A stretch of DNA of 64,000 bases from Thermodesulfobacteriota bacterium. Its GTDB lineage: Bacteria > Desulfobacterota > Binatia > Bin18. The DNA is taken from the NCBI GenBank assembly GCA_964291405.2, contig OZ219926.1, positions 4,480,001-4,544,000 of the forward strand. Reading direction: 5' to 3'. Under the pieces are notes generated by a model. That model was not told the origin of the DNA. It saw only the letters and a list, made by a program, of their open reading frames with translations, and ran no database searches. Position numbers and translations under genes: made by a program. Shown here one piece after another: positions 17,422 through 27,400 of this stretch (its first letter is position 1; each line of letters begins with the position of its first letter).

Positions 17422-18600
17422 ATGGCAAAGACCTATCAGGAACTCATGGCCGAGGCCCGAGACAGCGTACCGGAAGTCACGATAGACGAGGTGCAGGCCC
17501 AGATGGAAAACGGCGCCCGGCCAACCTTGCTCGATGTGCGGGAACGCGAGGAGTACCGTGAGGGCCATCTCGAAGGATCGGTCCCGCTCCCGCGCGGCTT
17601 TCTCGAAATGCGTATCGAAGAGGCCGTGCCGGATAAGGGTACTCCCATCGTGGCGTACTGCGCCGGTGGCGTCCGCTCGCTCATTGCCGCTCGGACGCTC
17701 AAGGAAATGGGCTATGAAAATGTAACGTCCATGTCCGGTGGCTACACGGCCTGGAAAAACGCCGGCTATAAATGGGTGGCGGACCGACAGTTCACCCCAG
17801 AGCAGATCACGCGCTATGCACGGCATTTTACCCTGCCGGAAGTCGGGGAAGCGGGCCAGGCCAAACTGCTCGATGCCAAAGTGTTATGCGTTGGGGCGGG
17901 CGGCCTCGGCTCGCCGGTGGCCTTATATCTGGCCGCGGCCGGAGTCGGCACGCTAGGGATTGCCGACCATGACACCGTTGATATGAGCAATCTCCAACGC
18001 CAGATCCTGCATACCAACGACCGGGTCGGGATGCCCAAGGTGGAGTCGGCGCAACTGACCCTGAACGCGCTCAACCCCGATGTGAACATCGTCCAGTTCA
18101 AAGAGCGCCTCTCTTCCGAAAACGTCATGCGTATTATTGACGGCTTCGACATCGTGGTGAACGGCTGTGACAACTTCCCGACTCGCTATCTCATTAACGA
18201 TGCCTGCATCATGGCCAAGAAGACGCTCGTCGATGGCTCGATCTTCCAGTTTGAAGGCCAGGTCACGGTTGTCGATCCGACCGAAGGCCCGTGCTATCGC
18301 TGCCTGTTTCCTGAGCCACCACCACCGGGGATGGCCCCGAGCTGTGCCGAAGCGGGTGTTCTCGGTGTGCTGCCCGGACTCGTCGGCTGCGTGCAGGCGC
18401 TCGAAGTGATCAAGATCATTCTCGGCGCTGGTAATCCGCTCGTCGGACGGATGATGCATTTTGATACGCTCAGTTCGGAAATTCGGGTGTTAAAACTACG
18501 CAAAGATCCGAACTGCCTGGTGTGCAGCGAAAACCCGAAAATCACGGAGCTGATCGATTACGAAGAGTTCTGTGGTCTGCGACCGGTCAACGCCGCCTAG
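17422..18600 (+). CDS. moeB: Rhodanese-MoeB/ThiF adenylyltransferase fusion
   Basis: N-terminal rhodanese (YCAGGVRS); RYARHFTLPEVG, GAGGLG, SNLQRQ, DNFPTRY, PCYRCLF, SCAEAGVLG. Confidence 0.92.
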   Translation: MAKTYQELMAEARDSVPEVTIDEVQAQMENGARPTLLDVREREEYREGHLEGSVPLPRGFLEMRIEEAVPDKGTPIVAYCAGGVRSLIAARTLKEMGYENVTSMSGGYTAWKNAGYKWVADRQFTPEQITRYARHFTLPEVGEAGQAKLLDAKVLCVGAGGLGSPVALYLAAAGVGTLGIADHDTVDMSNLQRQILHTNDRVGMPKVESAQLTLNALNPDVNIVQFKERLSSENVMRIIDGFDIVVNGCDNFPTRYLINDACIMAKKTLVDGSIFQFEGQVTVVDPTEGPCYRCLFPEPPPPGMAPSCAEAGVLGVLPGLVGCVQALEVIKIILGAGNPLVGRMMHFDTLSSEIRVLKLRKDPNCLVCSENPKITELIDYEEFCGLRPVNAA

Positions 18601-18627
18601 CCCGAGGGGAGCTGTCTCAGCACCACG

Positions 18628-18891
18628 ATGGATATGGCCGATTCTGTCACCATAACCGTCAAGCTTTTTGCGGCGCTGAAAAAATACACCCCGCAGGGGA
18701 GTCCGGATGGAGTCTCGCTCTCCCTGCCGGCTGGGGCAACGGTCCAGGACGCGGTTGATATGCTGAACATTCCACGTGAGCAGGCGGGCATGCTTGTTGT
18801 GGGCGATACTTATGTCGAAGTGGGGACGGTCCTTGAAAACGGACTGGAACTGAGCATTTTCCCGCCGCTTGCCGGTGGGGTGTGTGGATAG
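18628..18891 (+). CDS. MoaD/ThiS-family sulfur carrier
   Basis: ITVKLFAAL...FPPLAGG plus a VCG extension; follows moeB. Confidence 0.8.
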   Translation: MDMADSVTITVKLFAALKKYTPQGSPDGVSLSLPAGATVQDAVDMLNIPREQAGMLVVGDTYVEVGTVLENGLELSIFPPLAGGVCG

Positions 18892-18930
18892 CCACGGATA
18901 AGAAGGGCGCATGCCAGGGGATGATAGTGG

Positions 18931-18962
18931 AAAGGGGCACGGTAGACCGTGTCCCTTTTTTT
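18931..18962 (+). terminator. Terminator-like hairpin
   Basis: aaggggcacggt-ag-accgtgtccctt followed by T run. Confidence 0.55.
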
Positions 18963-18985
18963 ACCTTTAGGGGGAGGGACGAATC

Positions 18986-20827
18986 GTGAGGGCTGATCTC
19001 AACGCTTTACAGGCGACCGCGGACACATTGCGTATCCATTCACTGCGTACCACAGCCGCAGCAGGGTCGGGCCATCCGACGTCGTGCATGTCCGCTGCGG
19101 ATATCATGGCGGCCGTGTTTTTTGCCGACATGCGCTTCGACCCTGCCAATCCGGCCCATCCGGGCAATGACCGGTTTGTGCTGTCAAAAGGGCACGCCGC
19201 TCCCGTCCTCTATGCGGCCCTGGCAGAAGCCGGAGCCCTACCGCTGGAACAGTTGCCTTCGCTCCGCAAGTTCTCCAGTGATTTGGAAGGCCATCCCACA
19301 CCGCGCATCCCCTGGGTAGGTGCCGCAACCGGCTCACTCGGGCAGGGACTCTCCGTTGGGGTCGGTATGGCGCTGAATGGCAAGCGCCTGGATAAGCTTG
19401 ACTACCGTGTCTATGTCCTGTTGGGCGACGGAGAGGTCGCAGAAGGTGGCGTCTGGGAAGCGGCGGCCATGGCGTCGCACTATCAGCTCGACAACCTCAT
19501 CGGTATCGTCGATGTCAACGGCATGGGGCAGAGCGAACGGACCATGTACAATTTTGACGTGGAGACCTATCAGCGCCGTTTTGCCGCCTTTGGTTGGAAC
19601 GCACTGGTGGTTGACGGCCATAATATCGAAGAGGTTATGGCCGCGCTCGACCAGGCCCACGCCACCAAAAACCGACCAACCATGCTGGTGGCCAAGACCT
19701 TTAAGGGTAAAGGCGTCTCTTTTCTTGAGGATAAGCCCGGCTGGCACGGAAAGCCGCTCAAGGGGGACGATCTGGACAAAGCGCTGGGTGAGTTGGAAAT
19801 CAGCAGGAGCGCAAATGTGCCCGACGTGACCCGACCGCAAACCAACGGGTTTTCCCCGGCCAGTGCCAGCGGAAGTGTCCCCGCCCCGGCCTATGATTTA
19901 GGGGAGAAGATCGCGACCCGCGTGGCCTACGGAACCGCCCTGGCCAAGCTCGGAGCAGTGGACTCGCGGGTGGTCGCCCTTGACGGTGATACCAAGAATT
20001 CGACCTTTGCTGAAACCTTCTTCAAGGCCCACCCGGAGCGATATTTCGAGAGTTATATTGCCGAGCAGAACATGGTCGGAGCCGCGGTCGGGCTGGCTGC
20101 GTGCGGCAAGATTCCGTTTGCCTCGACGTTTGCGGCCTTTCTCACGCGCGCGTTTGACCATATTCGTATGGCGGCGATTTCCGGTGTGCGTATCAAATAC
20201 GTAGGCTCGCATTGCGGGGTCTCGATTGGGGAAGACGGCCCGTCTCAAATGGGGCTGGAAGACTTGGCCATGATGCGGGCCATTCCCAATTCGGTCGTGC
20301 TCTACCCCAGCGATGCGGTTGCAACCGAACATCTGGTCAGCGCCATGCCCGACCTGCCCGGCACGACCTATCTGCGCACCACCCGTCCGGCAACGCCGGT
20401 GCTCTATTCCAATACCGAGGAGTTTCCCATTGGTGGCAGCAAGTTGCTGCGGTCCAGTGATAACGATGCGCTGACGGTCGTTGCCGCCGGGGTGACGCTG
20501 CACGAGGCGCTTGTGGCCAGCGAGACGCTGAAAAGCGAGGGAATGTCTATCCGCCTGATTGACGCCTATTCGGTAAAACCGATTGATGCCCAGGGCCTAC
20601 TGGCCGCGGCCGGACAAACCAGCAACACCCTGCTCGTGGTTGAAGACCACTATTATGACGGCGGTTTGGGCGACGCCGTGCTGAACGCGGTTGCGGCTCA
20701 CGGGGTCAAGGTCCACAAACTCGCTGTGAATGGCATCCCTCGCTCCGGCGCACCAGCAGAATTGCTGGACGCCTTTGGCATCAGCGCTCAACATATTGCC
20801 GCCCACGTAAAAAAGCTGGCAGCCTGA
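18986..20827 (+). CDS. tkt: Transketolase (short, ~610-aa type)
   Basis: SGHPTSCMS, LSKGHAAP, TGSLGQG, GDGEVAEG, IAEQNMVG, GEDGPSQM. Confidence 0.93.
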   Translation: MRADLNALQATADTLRIHSLRTTAAAGSGHPTSCMSAADIMAAVFFADMRFDPANPAHPGNDRFVLSKGHAAPVLYAALAEAGALPLEQLPSLRKFSSDLEGHPTPRIPWVGAATGSLGQGLSVGVGMALNGKRLDKLDYRVYVLLGDGEVAEGGVWEAAAMASHYQLDNLIGIVDVNGMGQSERTMYNFDVETYQRRFAAFGWNALVVDGHNIEEVMAALDQAHATKNRPTMLVAKTFKGKGVSFLEDKPGWHGKPLKGDDLDKALGELEISRSANVPDVTRPQTNGFSPASASGSVPAPAYDLGEKIATRVAYGTALAKLGAVDSRVVALDGDTKNSTFAETFFKAHPERYFESYIAEQNMVGAAVGLAACGKIPFASTFAAFLTRAFDHIRMAAISGVRIKYVGSHCGVSIGEDGPSQMGLEDLAMMRAIPNSVVLYPSDAVATEHLVSAMPDLPGTTYLRTTRPATPVLYSNTEEFPIGGSKLLRSSDNDALTVVAAGVTLHEALVASETLKSEGMSIRLIDAYSVKPIDAQGLLAAAGQTSNTLLVVEDHYYDGGLGDAVLNAVAAHGVKVHKLAVNGIPRSGAPAELLDAFGISAQHIAAHVKKLAA

Positions 20828-20892
20828 GGCAGGGGAGGGAACAGATAGCCCCTTCCGGGACGTGGGCTCCCCATGACATGGCCCGGAGCGTA

Positions 20893-20976
20893 CTTCGACT
20901 TCGCCCCTGTGGGGCTACGCTCAGTACGAGCGGCTCTTCCGTTCACCCTGAGCGTAGCGACAGCGAAGTCGAAGGG
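20893..20976. repeat. Extragenic palindromic (REP-like) doublet, CTTCGAC...GTCGAAG type
   Basis: cttcgacttcgc...gctacgctcag / ctgagcgtagc...gcgaagtcgaag long inverted repeat between convergent genes. Confidence 0.7.
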
Positions 20977-21028
20977 CCGGACCTCATCATCTCCGGGCGG
21001 ACTGTGCGTATAAACAGTCTGCGTCGTG

Positions 21029-21628
21029 TTATGCTTTCTTGCGGAAGCCGGCGTAGTAGATGGGCTTGCCCGCGTCCATAAACTGACGTTCAAAGTCGGT
21101 CAGAATCAACTTGCCGTTCCGATTCCGTTGGTCCCGTTGCCAGGGGAATTGTGTTAGCTCAGCGACGGCTTCCAACTGCCCGACTATTTCGACAAAATAG
21201 GTGTGGACATCGGTGGCAATCAATATCTTTCCGCCGGGAACGAGCGCGCGGGTGAGCGCGATACAGAAGTCGCCCCGAAACAGCCGCCGCCGGTGATGCC
21301 GTCGCTTCCACCACGGGTCCGGGAAGTAGAGATGAAAAAAGGTCACGGACTCGGGTCGAATCAGGCTGTCGAGCACGCAGCTGATATCAGCGGCAAGGGC
21401 GAGCACATTGCCCGGCTGTTCGCGCTCGATCAACTCTTTGATCCGGTACACTCGCCGTCTGGAGAACTCGACCCCAAAGAAATTATGCTCCGGCGTGCTT
21501 TGAGCCGCCGCCAGGAGAAAGGAGCCCTTCCCAGGGCCGATTTCGACTTCAACCGGATTGGCGTTGCCGAATATATCCTCCCAGGCTGGGGGCGGCGGCA
21601 AGGGCAGTTCGGAGAACTTGGGGCTCAT
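21029..21628 (-). CDS. trmB: tRNA (guanine-N7)-methyltransferase
   Basis: EVEIGPGKG, FFGVE, YFPDPWWKRRHHRRR, IATD, TDFERQF. Confidence 0.92.
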   Translation of the reverse strand: MSPKFSELPLPPPPAWEDIFGNANPVEVEIGPGKGSFLLAAAQSTPEHNFFGVEFSRRRVYRIKELIEREQPGNVLALAADISCVLDSLIRPESVTFFHLYFPDPWWKRRHHRRRLFRGDFCIALTRALVPGGKILIATDVHTYFVEIVGQLEAVAELTQFPWQRDQRNRNGKLILTDFERQFMDAGKPIYYAGFRKKA

Positions 21629-21780
21629 AGTGGGGAGGGGGCACGCTTTCTGCGGAACGTTATCACACGTCATAAAAATTGGAACGTGGATAGTGTTTCT
21701 ATGCGTGGGAGCAATCGTCCCCTGCAAAATATCGTAATGCGTCGCTTAACGCTGAACAAATGGCTTTGGTAAGGTGCGCA

Positions 21781-22089
21781 ATGAAGGCGAAGGGTATACG
21801 GATGAAGAATCCGGCACATCCGGGCGGGTGCGTGAAGAGCGAGATCATTGAGGCTCTGGGGTTGTCAGTGACCGAAGGAGCGTGGGTGTTGGGAGTCACG
21901 CGTCCAGCCCTGTCCGCGCTGCTCAACGAGCGTGTACACCTCTCGCCTGAGATGGCGCTGAGGATTGAAAAGGCGTTTGGCGTGTCAATGGATACGCTGA
22001 TGAGGATGCAGAACAGCTACGACATTGCCCAGGCCCGTAAACGGGAAGGCGAAATCAAGATTGTTCCATTCGAGAGACGAGTCGCCTGA
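21781..22089 (+). CDS. higA: Orphan HigA family antitoxin
   Basis: MKNPAHPG, LSPEMALRIEKAFGVSMDTLMRMQNSYDIAQAR; no toxin ORF adjacent. Confidence 0.88.
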   Translation: MKAKGIRMKNPAHPGGCVKSEIIEALGLSVTEGAWVLGVTRPALSALLNERVHLSPEMALRIEKAFGVSMDTLMRMQNSYDIAQARKREGEIKIVPFERRVA

Positions 22090-22131
22090 GTGGCTCCCGC
22101 ACTGGTCTGAGTGGACAAAGGCAGATGACTA

Positions 22132-22281
22132 GAGCAAAATTCACATGAGTGTAGCGTCCAACGGCCTCCGCGCGTTTCCCGATACGTCGGGTGCGCCCTG
22201 CGCACCGGGGAAAGGTGGTGCATGGGATGCACCCTACGGAACTCTGGAGAGCACCTCGCTACCCCACGGAGGAAACTGCTC
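22132..22281. mobile_element. 150-bp MITE-like element, copy 1 (TA-flanked, GAGCA/TGCTC ends, internal REP doublet)
   Basis: Near-identical inverted copy at 47090-47239; TA at 22130-31 and 22282-83. Confidence 0.8.
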
Positions 22282-22299
22282 TAGAAGTGGTCTCATAAT

Positions 22300-22530
22300 T
22301 TAGTCGTCATTCTGACCTTCCGTCTCTCCACGCCACTCAGCGGTCAAAAAATCCTCTTCTGTGGACATATTCCCACCAGCGAACTGGCCATAACTGAGAT
22401 AGCGAGTGGACTCAGATGGCTTTGCCTGTGGCAGAAAGGTCACGAGCACTTTTGCCTGTTCTATTCCAGTCGGTATTTCTGTGAGTTCGACCTTCCCATC
22501 GGAATAGATGCCCTCGATAGTCAACAGCAT
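22300..22530 (-). CDS. Small antitoxin-like protein (AF2212/DUF104-like N-terminus)
   Basis: MLLTIEGIYSDGKVELTEIP...VLVTFL; AAGGAG RBS. Confidence 0.6.
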   Translation of the reverse strand: MLLTIEGIYSDGKVELTEIPTGIEQAKVLVTFLPQAKPSESTRYLSYGQFAGGNMSTEEDFLTAEWRGETEGQNDD

Positions 22531-22544
22531 AGGATTCTCCTTTC

Positions 22545-24350
22545 TCACTCCAGACGTTCCAAGTCCTGCACCCGACTCTTTTCTCCTTCGAGCGACAATA
22601 GAAAGGCCACCAAGTCTTGAAGCTCTTGTTCCGATAACTGCGCAGTCTGCCCGTGTTGGTCGGTGGGGTTGTGGGTGACCAATACATCCCGAAGCGTGGG
22701 CGCCCGCCCATCGTGTAGATACGGGGCCGTGTGCCACACCCCCCGTAACGACGGCGTATCAAACCCCGGCCCCAAGAGTTCCCCCGGCCCGTGGCCCGTC
22801 CCGATATCATGCATGAGTAAATCCGTAAAAAGCGGCGGGATATGACACTCCGCACAGCCCACATCCGCCCGATGAAAGACGGCTTGGCCACGCGCTGCCT
22901 CCGGAGTCAGTGTCCCGTCCATCTGCCGGAACGGACTGGGCTTGGGTTGCAGGGATTCGATAAACGCGGCGAGCGCATCCAGATCAGCCGACCGCCCCGT
23001 ATTGGGCAGCCCGAGTTCGGGATGCGGGTCTTCCAGCAACCCCGTCCCCGCCTGCAACTCCCGGATGGTGAATTCAAAATCCTGCACCTCATCTCGGTCC
23101 GCACTCCAGTGCAGGGGCTGGGTATGCGCAAGTCCTCTGAGGTTGGTGGTGTTGCGGGGCCCATCGGGAAACAACCACGTCCGTCCGTCCTGCTCGCCGT
23201 CTGCGTGACAGCTCTCACAACTCATCCACTGGTCCCGGGAGATGCGGGTCGAACGACTGGAGATAAACAGGAGTTTGCCGCGTTTCAATTCCGGCGAGAG
23301 TGGGCTGGTGGTCACCGGAATGCGGGTGACCTCCTCAAAGGTAGTGAGATCAACGACCGACACATCGTCCGAGAGGGCATTCGCCACATAGGCGGTGCGG
23401 TCGTCCGGTGAGAGCACAATGCCCCGTGGCCCATCCCCCACCTCGATATGCGCGAGCACTTGGCGGGTTTCCAGATCAATGACCGACAGATCCCCACTGC
23501 CCAGGTGGACGATATGCAACCGCTGCCCATCGGACGAGAAGGCCAGATCGAAGGGGAGATTGACCGGCCGGTCTACGACCGAGAGTTCCAGCCGTTCGGT
23601 GAGCAGGTGGTGCTCGGTTGTCAGGTCAATGACGGAGACGACCGGAAAGAGCGTGGTATCAAACAGGGGGTGGGGATTGCTGACATTGGAGCGGATATGG
23701 GGCAGATAGGCGCGGCCATTCGTGGGGTGCAGGACGATACGTTGGGCGATGTTGCTCTCCGGGCCGGTGGCAATGACGGTGCGCACGCTGCGGCTCTCCA
23801 GATCAACGACTGAGACTGTGCCGGACAGGAAGTGGGTGACGTACAGTCGTGTGCCATCTGTGGAGAGGGTCAGCCCCTTGGGTCGGGCGTGGACGGGGAT
23901 GGTGTCCACGACCCGGGCGAGTTGGGTGTCGACTATGTCAATCCGGTCGGCGCCGGAGGCGGCCACGTATACGAGGGGCCCATTGGGGTCGGCGACGACG
24001 CCATAGGGCTCCGGGCCGATGCGCAGCTTGGTGAGTACCGAGAACGGCTGGGTCTCCAGGATGGTCAGTGTTGCCGAGGCTTGGCTGGTAACGTACAACC
24101 GCTGGCCGTCCGGTCCTATGGTGAGCATGCGGGGGTCTCTCCCCACGATGAGTTCGGCCAGCATGGTCTCGGAGGCGGTGTCAATCGCGGAGACGGAGCC
24201 GGAGTCCGGATTGACCACAAAGAGGGTTGTCCCATCCGGGGTGAGGCCGATACTGCTCGTGGCGTGAGCGGAGACAGGCCGCCCGAGGACGCCGCAGATA
24301 AGCAACATCAAGAGAGACAGAGGCCGCAATAGGGGAGAGATGATCCACAT
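22545..24350 (-). CDS. Secreted YVTN beta-propeller + di-heme cytochrome c (peroxidase-like) protein
   Basis: Signal peptide; repeated PDG..LYV/GSVSVID blades; CESCH and CAECH heme motifs; DTPSLRGVWHTAPYLHDG. Confidence 0.85.
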   Translation of the reverse strand: MWIISPLLRPLSLLMLLICGVLGRPVSAHATSSIGLTPDGTTLFVVNPDSGSVSAIDTASETMLAELIVGRDPRMLTIGPDGQRLYVTSQASATLTILETQPFSVLTKLRIGPEPYGVVADPNGPLVYVAASGADRIDIVDTQLARVVDTIPVHARPKGLTLSTDGTRLYVTHFLSGTVSVVDLESRSVRTVIATGPESNIAQRIVLHPTNGRAYLPHIRSNVSNPHPLFDTTLFPVVSVIDLTTEHHLLTERLELSVVDRPVNLPFDLAFSSDGQRLHIVHLGSGDLSVIDLETRQVLAHIEVGDGPRGIVLSPDDRTAYVANALSDDVSVVDLTTFEEVTRIPVTTSPLSPELKRGKLLFISSRSTRISRDQWMSCESCHADGEQDGRTWLFPDGPRNTTNLRGLAHTQPLHWSADRDEVQDFEFTIRELQAGTGLLEDPHPELGLPNTGRSADLDALAAFIESLQPKPSPFRQMDGTLTPEAARGQAVFHRADVGCAECHIPPLFTDLLMHDIGTGHGPGELLGPGFDTPSLRGVWHTAPYLHDGRAPTLRDVLVTHNPTDQHGQTAQLSEQELQDLVAFLLSLEGEKSRVQDLERLE

Positions 24351-24408
24351 GACAGGCTGGCCCGTTCGGCTCCCATCTCCGTTCGCTCCACATTAGGAGG
24401 GGTAAGAC

Positions 24409-27400
24409 TCACTCCAAGGGTTCGAGGTCACGAATCGCATTGGGGCCGGGTGCGACCGGCGTCAGATTGAGAAACTCTGGGCCGTGCAGGGTCACCACCC
24501 GCGCCGCATAACTCGGCTGGCCTTCGCTGTCCGTTCCTTCCCCAAACAGACTGACCGTGACTACATCCGCCGCCACCGGCTGGCCAAAGCGTTCCACATC
24601 CAGGATCGGGACTCCAGCAGCCAGATTCACCGGATCGTAATCATATGTCAGCCCGTTGGCCTCCACCGACAGCGGTCCGTCCTCCAGCACGACTCCCGGT
24701 ATGAGGGCTGTCATATGCCCATCGGTGAGAGTTCGTCCACTAGACGCGCTAGCCGTGACCGTAAAGTCCGCCGGCGCTGTCAGGAAGTCATGCCGGGGCA
24801 GGTCCACGGTGAGGGGAGGGCTGTGAGAGGAGACGACGTAGACCGAGAAACGGCCTCGGGCCGTGCCTAATACATGGCCTTGGGGAAACGGGGCAGTCAC
24901 TTGTCCGGCGGAGGTACTCCCATCATACGTGACTTGCAGATCGACGGTGTAGCGTCCCGGTTGGTCCACGATGAAATTATCGTCCGGTTCGTAGTAGTAC
25001 CCAATCTCATTCGCCCACCCACTGAAGCGGCGTTGGCTTCCGTCAGGGGCCGTAACGGTGTAGCTCACCTGGGCGGGGAGGGTGGGGCCGATTGCCCCGA
25101 CGAGCGCGAAGGTGTTGCCCGTCTCCAGTACACTGCCCGGCCGCACACCAGTCAAATGGATAAACAGATCAATCTCTTCGCCTTTGAGCGTAAAGAGGGG
25201 GCCACCGCTTGGCCCGCCACCGTTCCCCTGAAAGGGTGGAAAGGTGCGGGTGCCATCCGGATCGTCATCCGGTACTAAGACAAACAGCGAGCCGTGGATG
25301 GCGTAGTGGGATTGGTCGAGGGCCAGCCCATGCAGCACCGCCGCCCCATACTGGAACTTGAACTCGCCGGGCAGGTCGCCATGTTGGCCTACCCCGATCT
25401 GGTTGGCGTAGAGATCATCAAAGCGCCAGTACGGATTCGGAATAGAGTCTTCGCTGATCTCCTCCCGGACCCGGATGAGGGGACGTTGGGACGAGCGGTA
25501 ACTGTAGGCCCACAGGTCCACCTTGCTGGGATCGTGATGGGGATCACGCCCATCGGGTCGGCTGGAGAACAGTGGGGTTTCACCCACCACCACCCGCTCG
25601 GCAAAGCTGCCGGGGGGCTGGAGAGGGATGTAATCAGAGCCTCTTTGCCGCAGCAGCGCAGTGAGCTGGCGGCTGGGGTCGTGAAAGGTCAGGAGCGGGA
25701 TGGCCGAGTCGGCATTTTCGAGCCACTGCACATCGCCCGACTGAAAGGGCAAGGGGACATGATTACCCCCGACCGGAATGCCGAGCTGGTCGCGCGTGAA
25801 CCACTGCGGCCCAATCGTCTCCTGCGAGTCGATCCCCCGCCGCCCGTGGGCGACAATGGTTGGATTGCCTGGGGCCACGACGCCACCCCAGGTGCGTGAG
25901 CCCATCCACAGTTGCCCTTGTGCATCCCGGCCCGTTGCCGTGATATCCACCCGGTACTCCCCAGGCTGGTTGAACACGAAGCTGTTGCCGGCGGGTTGGA
26001 AATACCCGAAGCGGTTCGTCCGCCCTCGGATCACTCGCTCCTGGAGCTGATTGAGATCCGAATGGGGGACATGCTGAAACCGCACCTCGACCTCGGCTGT
26101 TATTGGTGGGGAGATCACGAGGCCGGGATTGAACCCATCGCCGACCTCAAAGTGGGTCCCAGGTAGCACGGCCGTATCCAGAGCCAGAATCCGGCCGACA
26201 TGGACTTCGTAGGTGCCGCCTCCCATCCAGGTGTTGCCCCAGATGTCATCAATCGTACCCTCCACGGTGATGACGTGCAGACCATCTTGGGCAAAGGTGA
26301 CCTCAAAGCGGGGGTCCAAGGTAGTGAGTTGGTAGGCATCGCTAATATGGCCTCCCCCGAAATCAAGGAGTTCTCCAATTTCGTCCACGAGGCTCTTGAG
26401 TCGGGACTGCACGAATGGGGTGGGTCCCAGGACGGTCTCGCGCCCGTCGGGCTGGCGAATCGTGACGGTGAGACTGCCGGAGGGAAAGCGGAAGGGGATG
26501 AGAGGGGGAGCGGGAATCTCACCGCCAGAACCGTTCGCGAGACTCACGGTCGGGATGAACGGTTCGAGACGATAGGGCAGCGGCTGGCCCGAGGCCGTGC
26601 CGAGACGTGGGATGATAAACGTGTCCGACGAGATCAGGATCCGCTGCGCCACCCCAAAACGGTCAGCGTCTTCTCCAGCCAGGACCCCGCGTGAGCCGTT
26701 GCTGGGCGTGTCTAGTAAGAGAACCCAATCCAGGTGGGGCGGGGCAGGATTTCCCACCCGGATAATCGGCAGGGGGGCGTCGGATATCAAACCCCGAGCC
26801 GCTTGCTGGGCACGCAGAGTAATCGACCGGCTGGGAGGATCCTCCGCCGGCATATCTGGAAACCAAAAATTAAGGGAGGGACGATAATACCCGGCGGGCA
26901 AGTCCGGCGGCAGGGGGAGCGTCAGGTCAATCTCCGCTTCGGCCTGCGTCGCAGCCGTTTTGACCAAAGACCCTTCCTGGTATTGGCTTACGCCCTCATC
27001 CCACCACCGAGGTTGGCGTTCAATCGGCAGCCCAGTGGGGGTGAGGAAGGTGGAGGCGAAGGAGCTTGAGCGGAGTATGCTTGACCCATCGGTATGGGAG
27101 AGTCGCTCAAGCCCGAGGCGTGTCCCCAGCCGGAGCGCGCTGCCCCCCTGTAAGGCTGGCGAATCTACCCGGACCCTCCCACGAACCCGCAGGAGATCGC
27201 CGGGGGCCGGGGTCTGGGTATTGATGGAACCGTGGAACGTCCAGGCCGGCAACGATTCAAGACTTCTCCGCCCTGCCCCGCCAATCGGAATGCCCGCACC
27301 TGGGGGATCGGCTACGCGGAGAATCGTGCCGGGGAGGCCGGCGAGTGGATAGAGATACCCACCCTGCCCCCCGCTGCTCAGCAAAATCTGTTTTCCTCCA

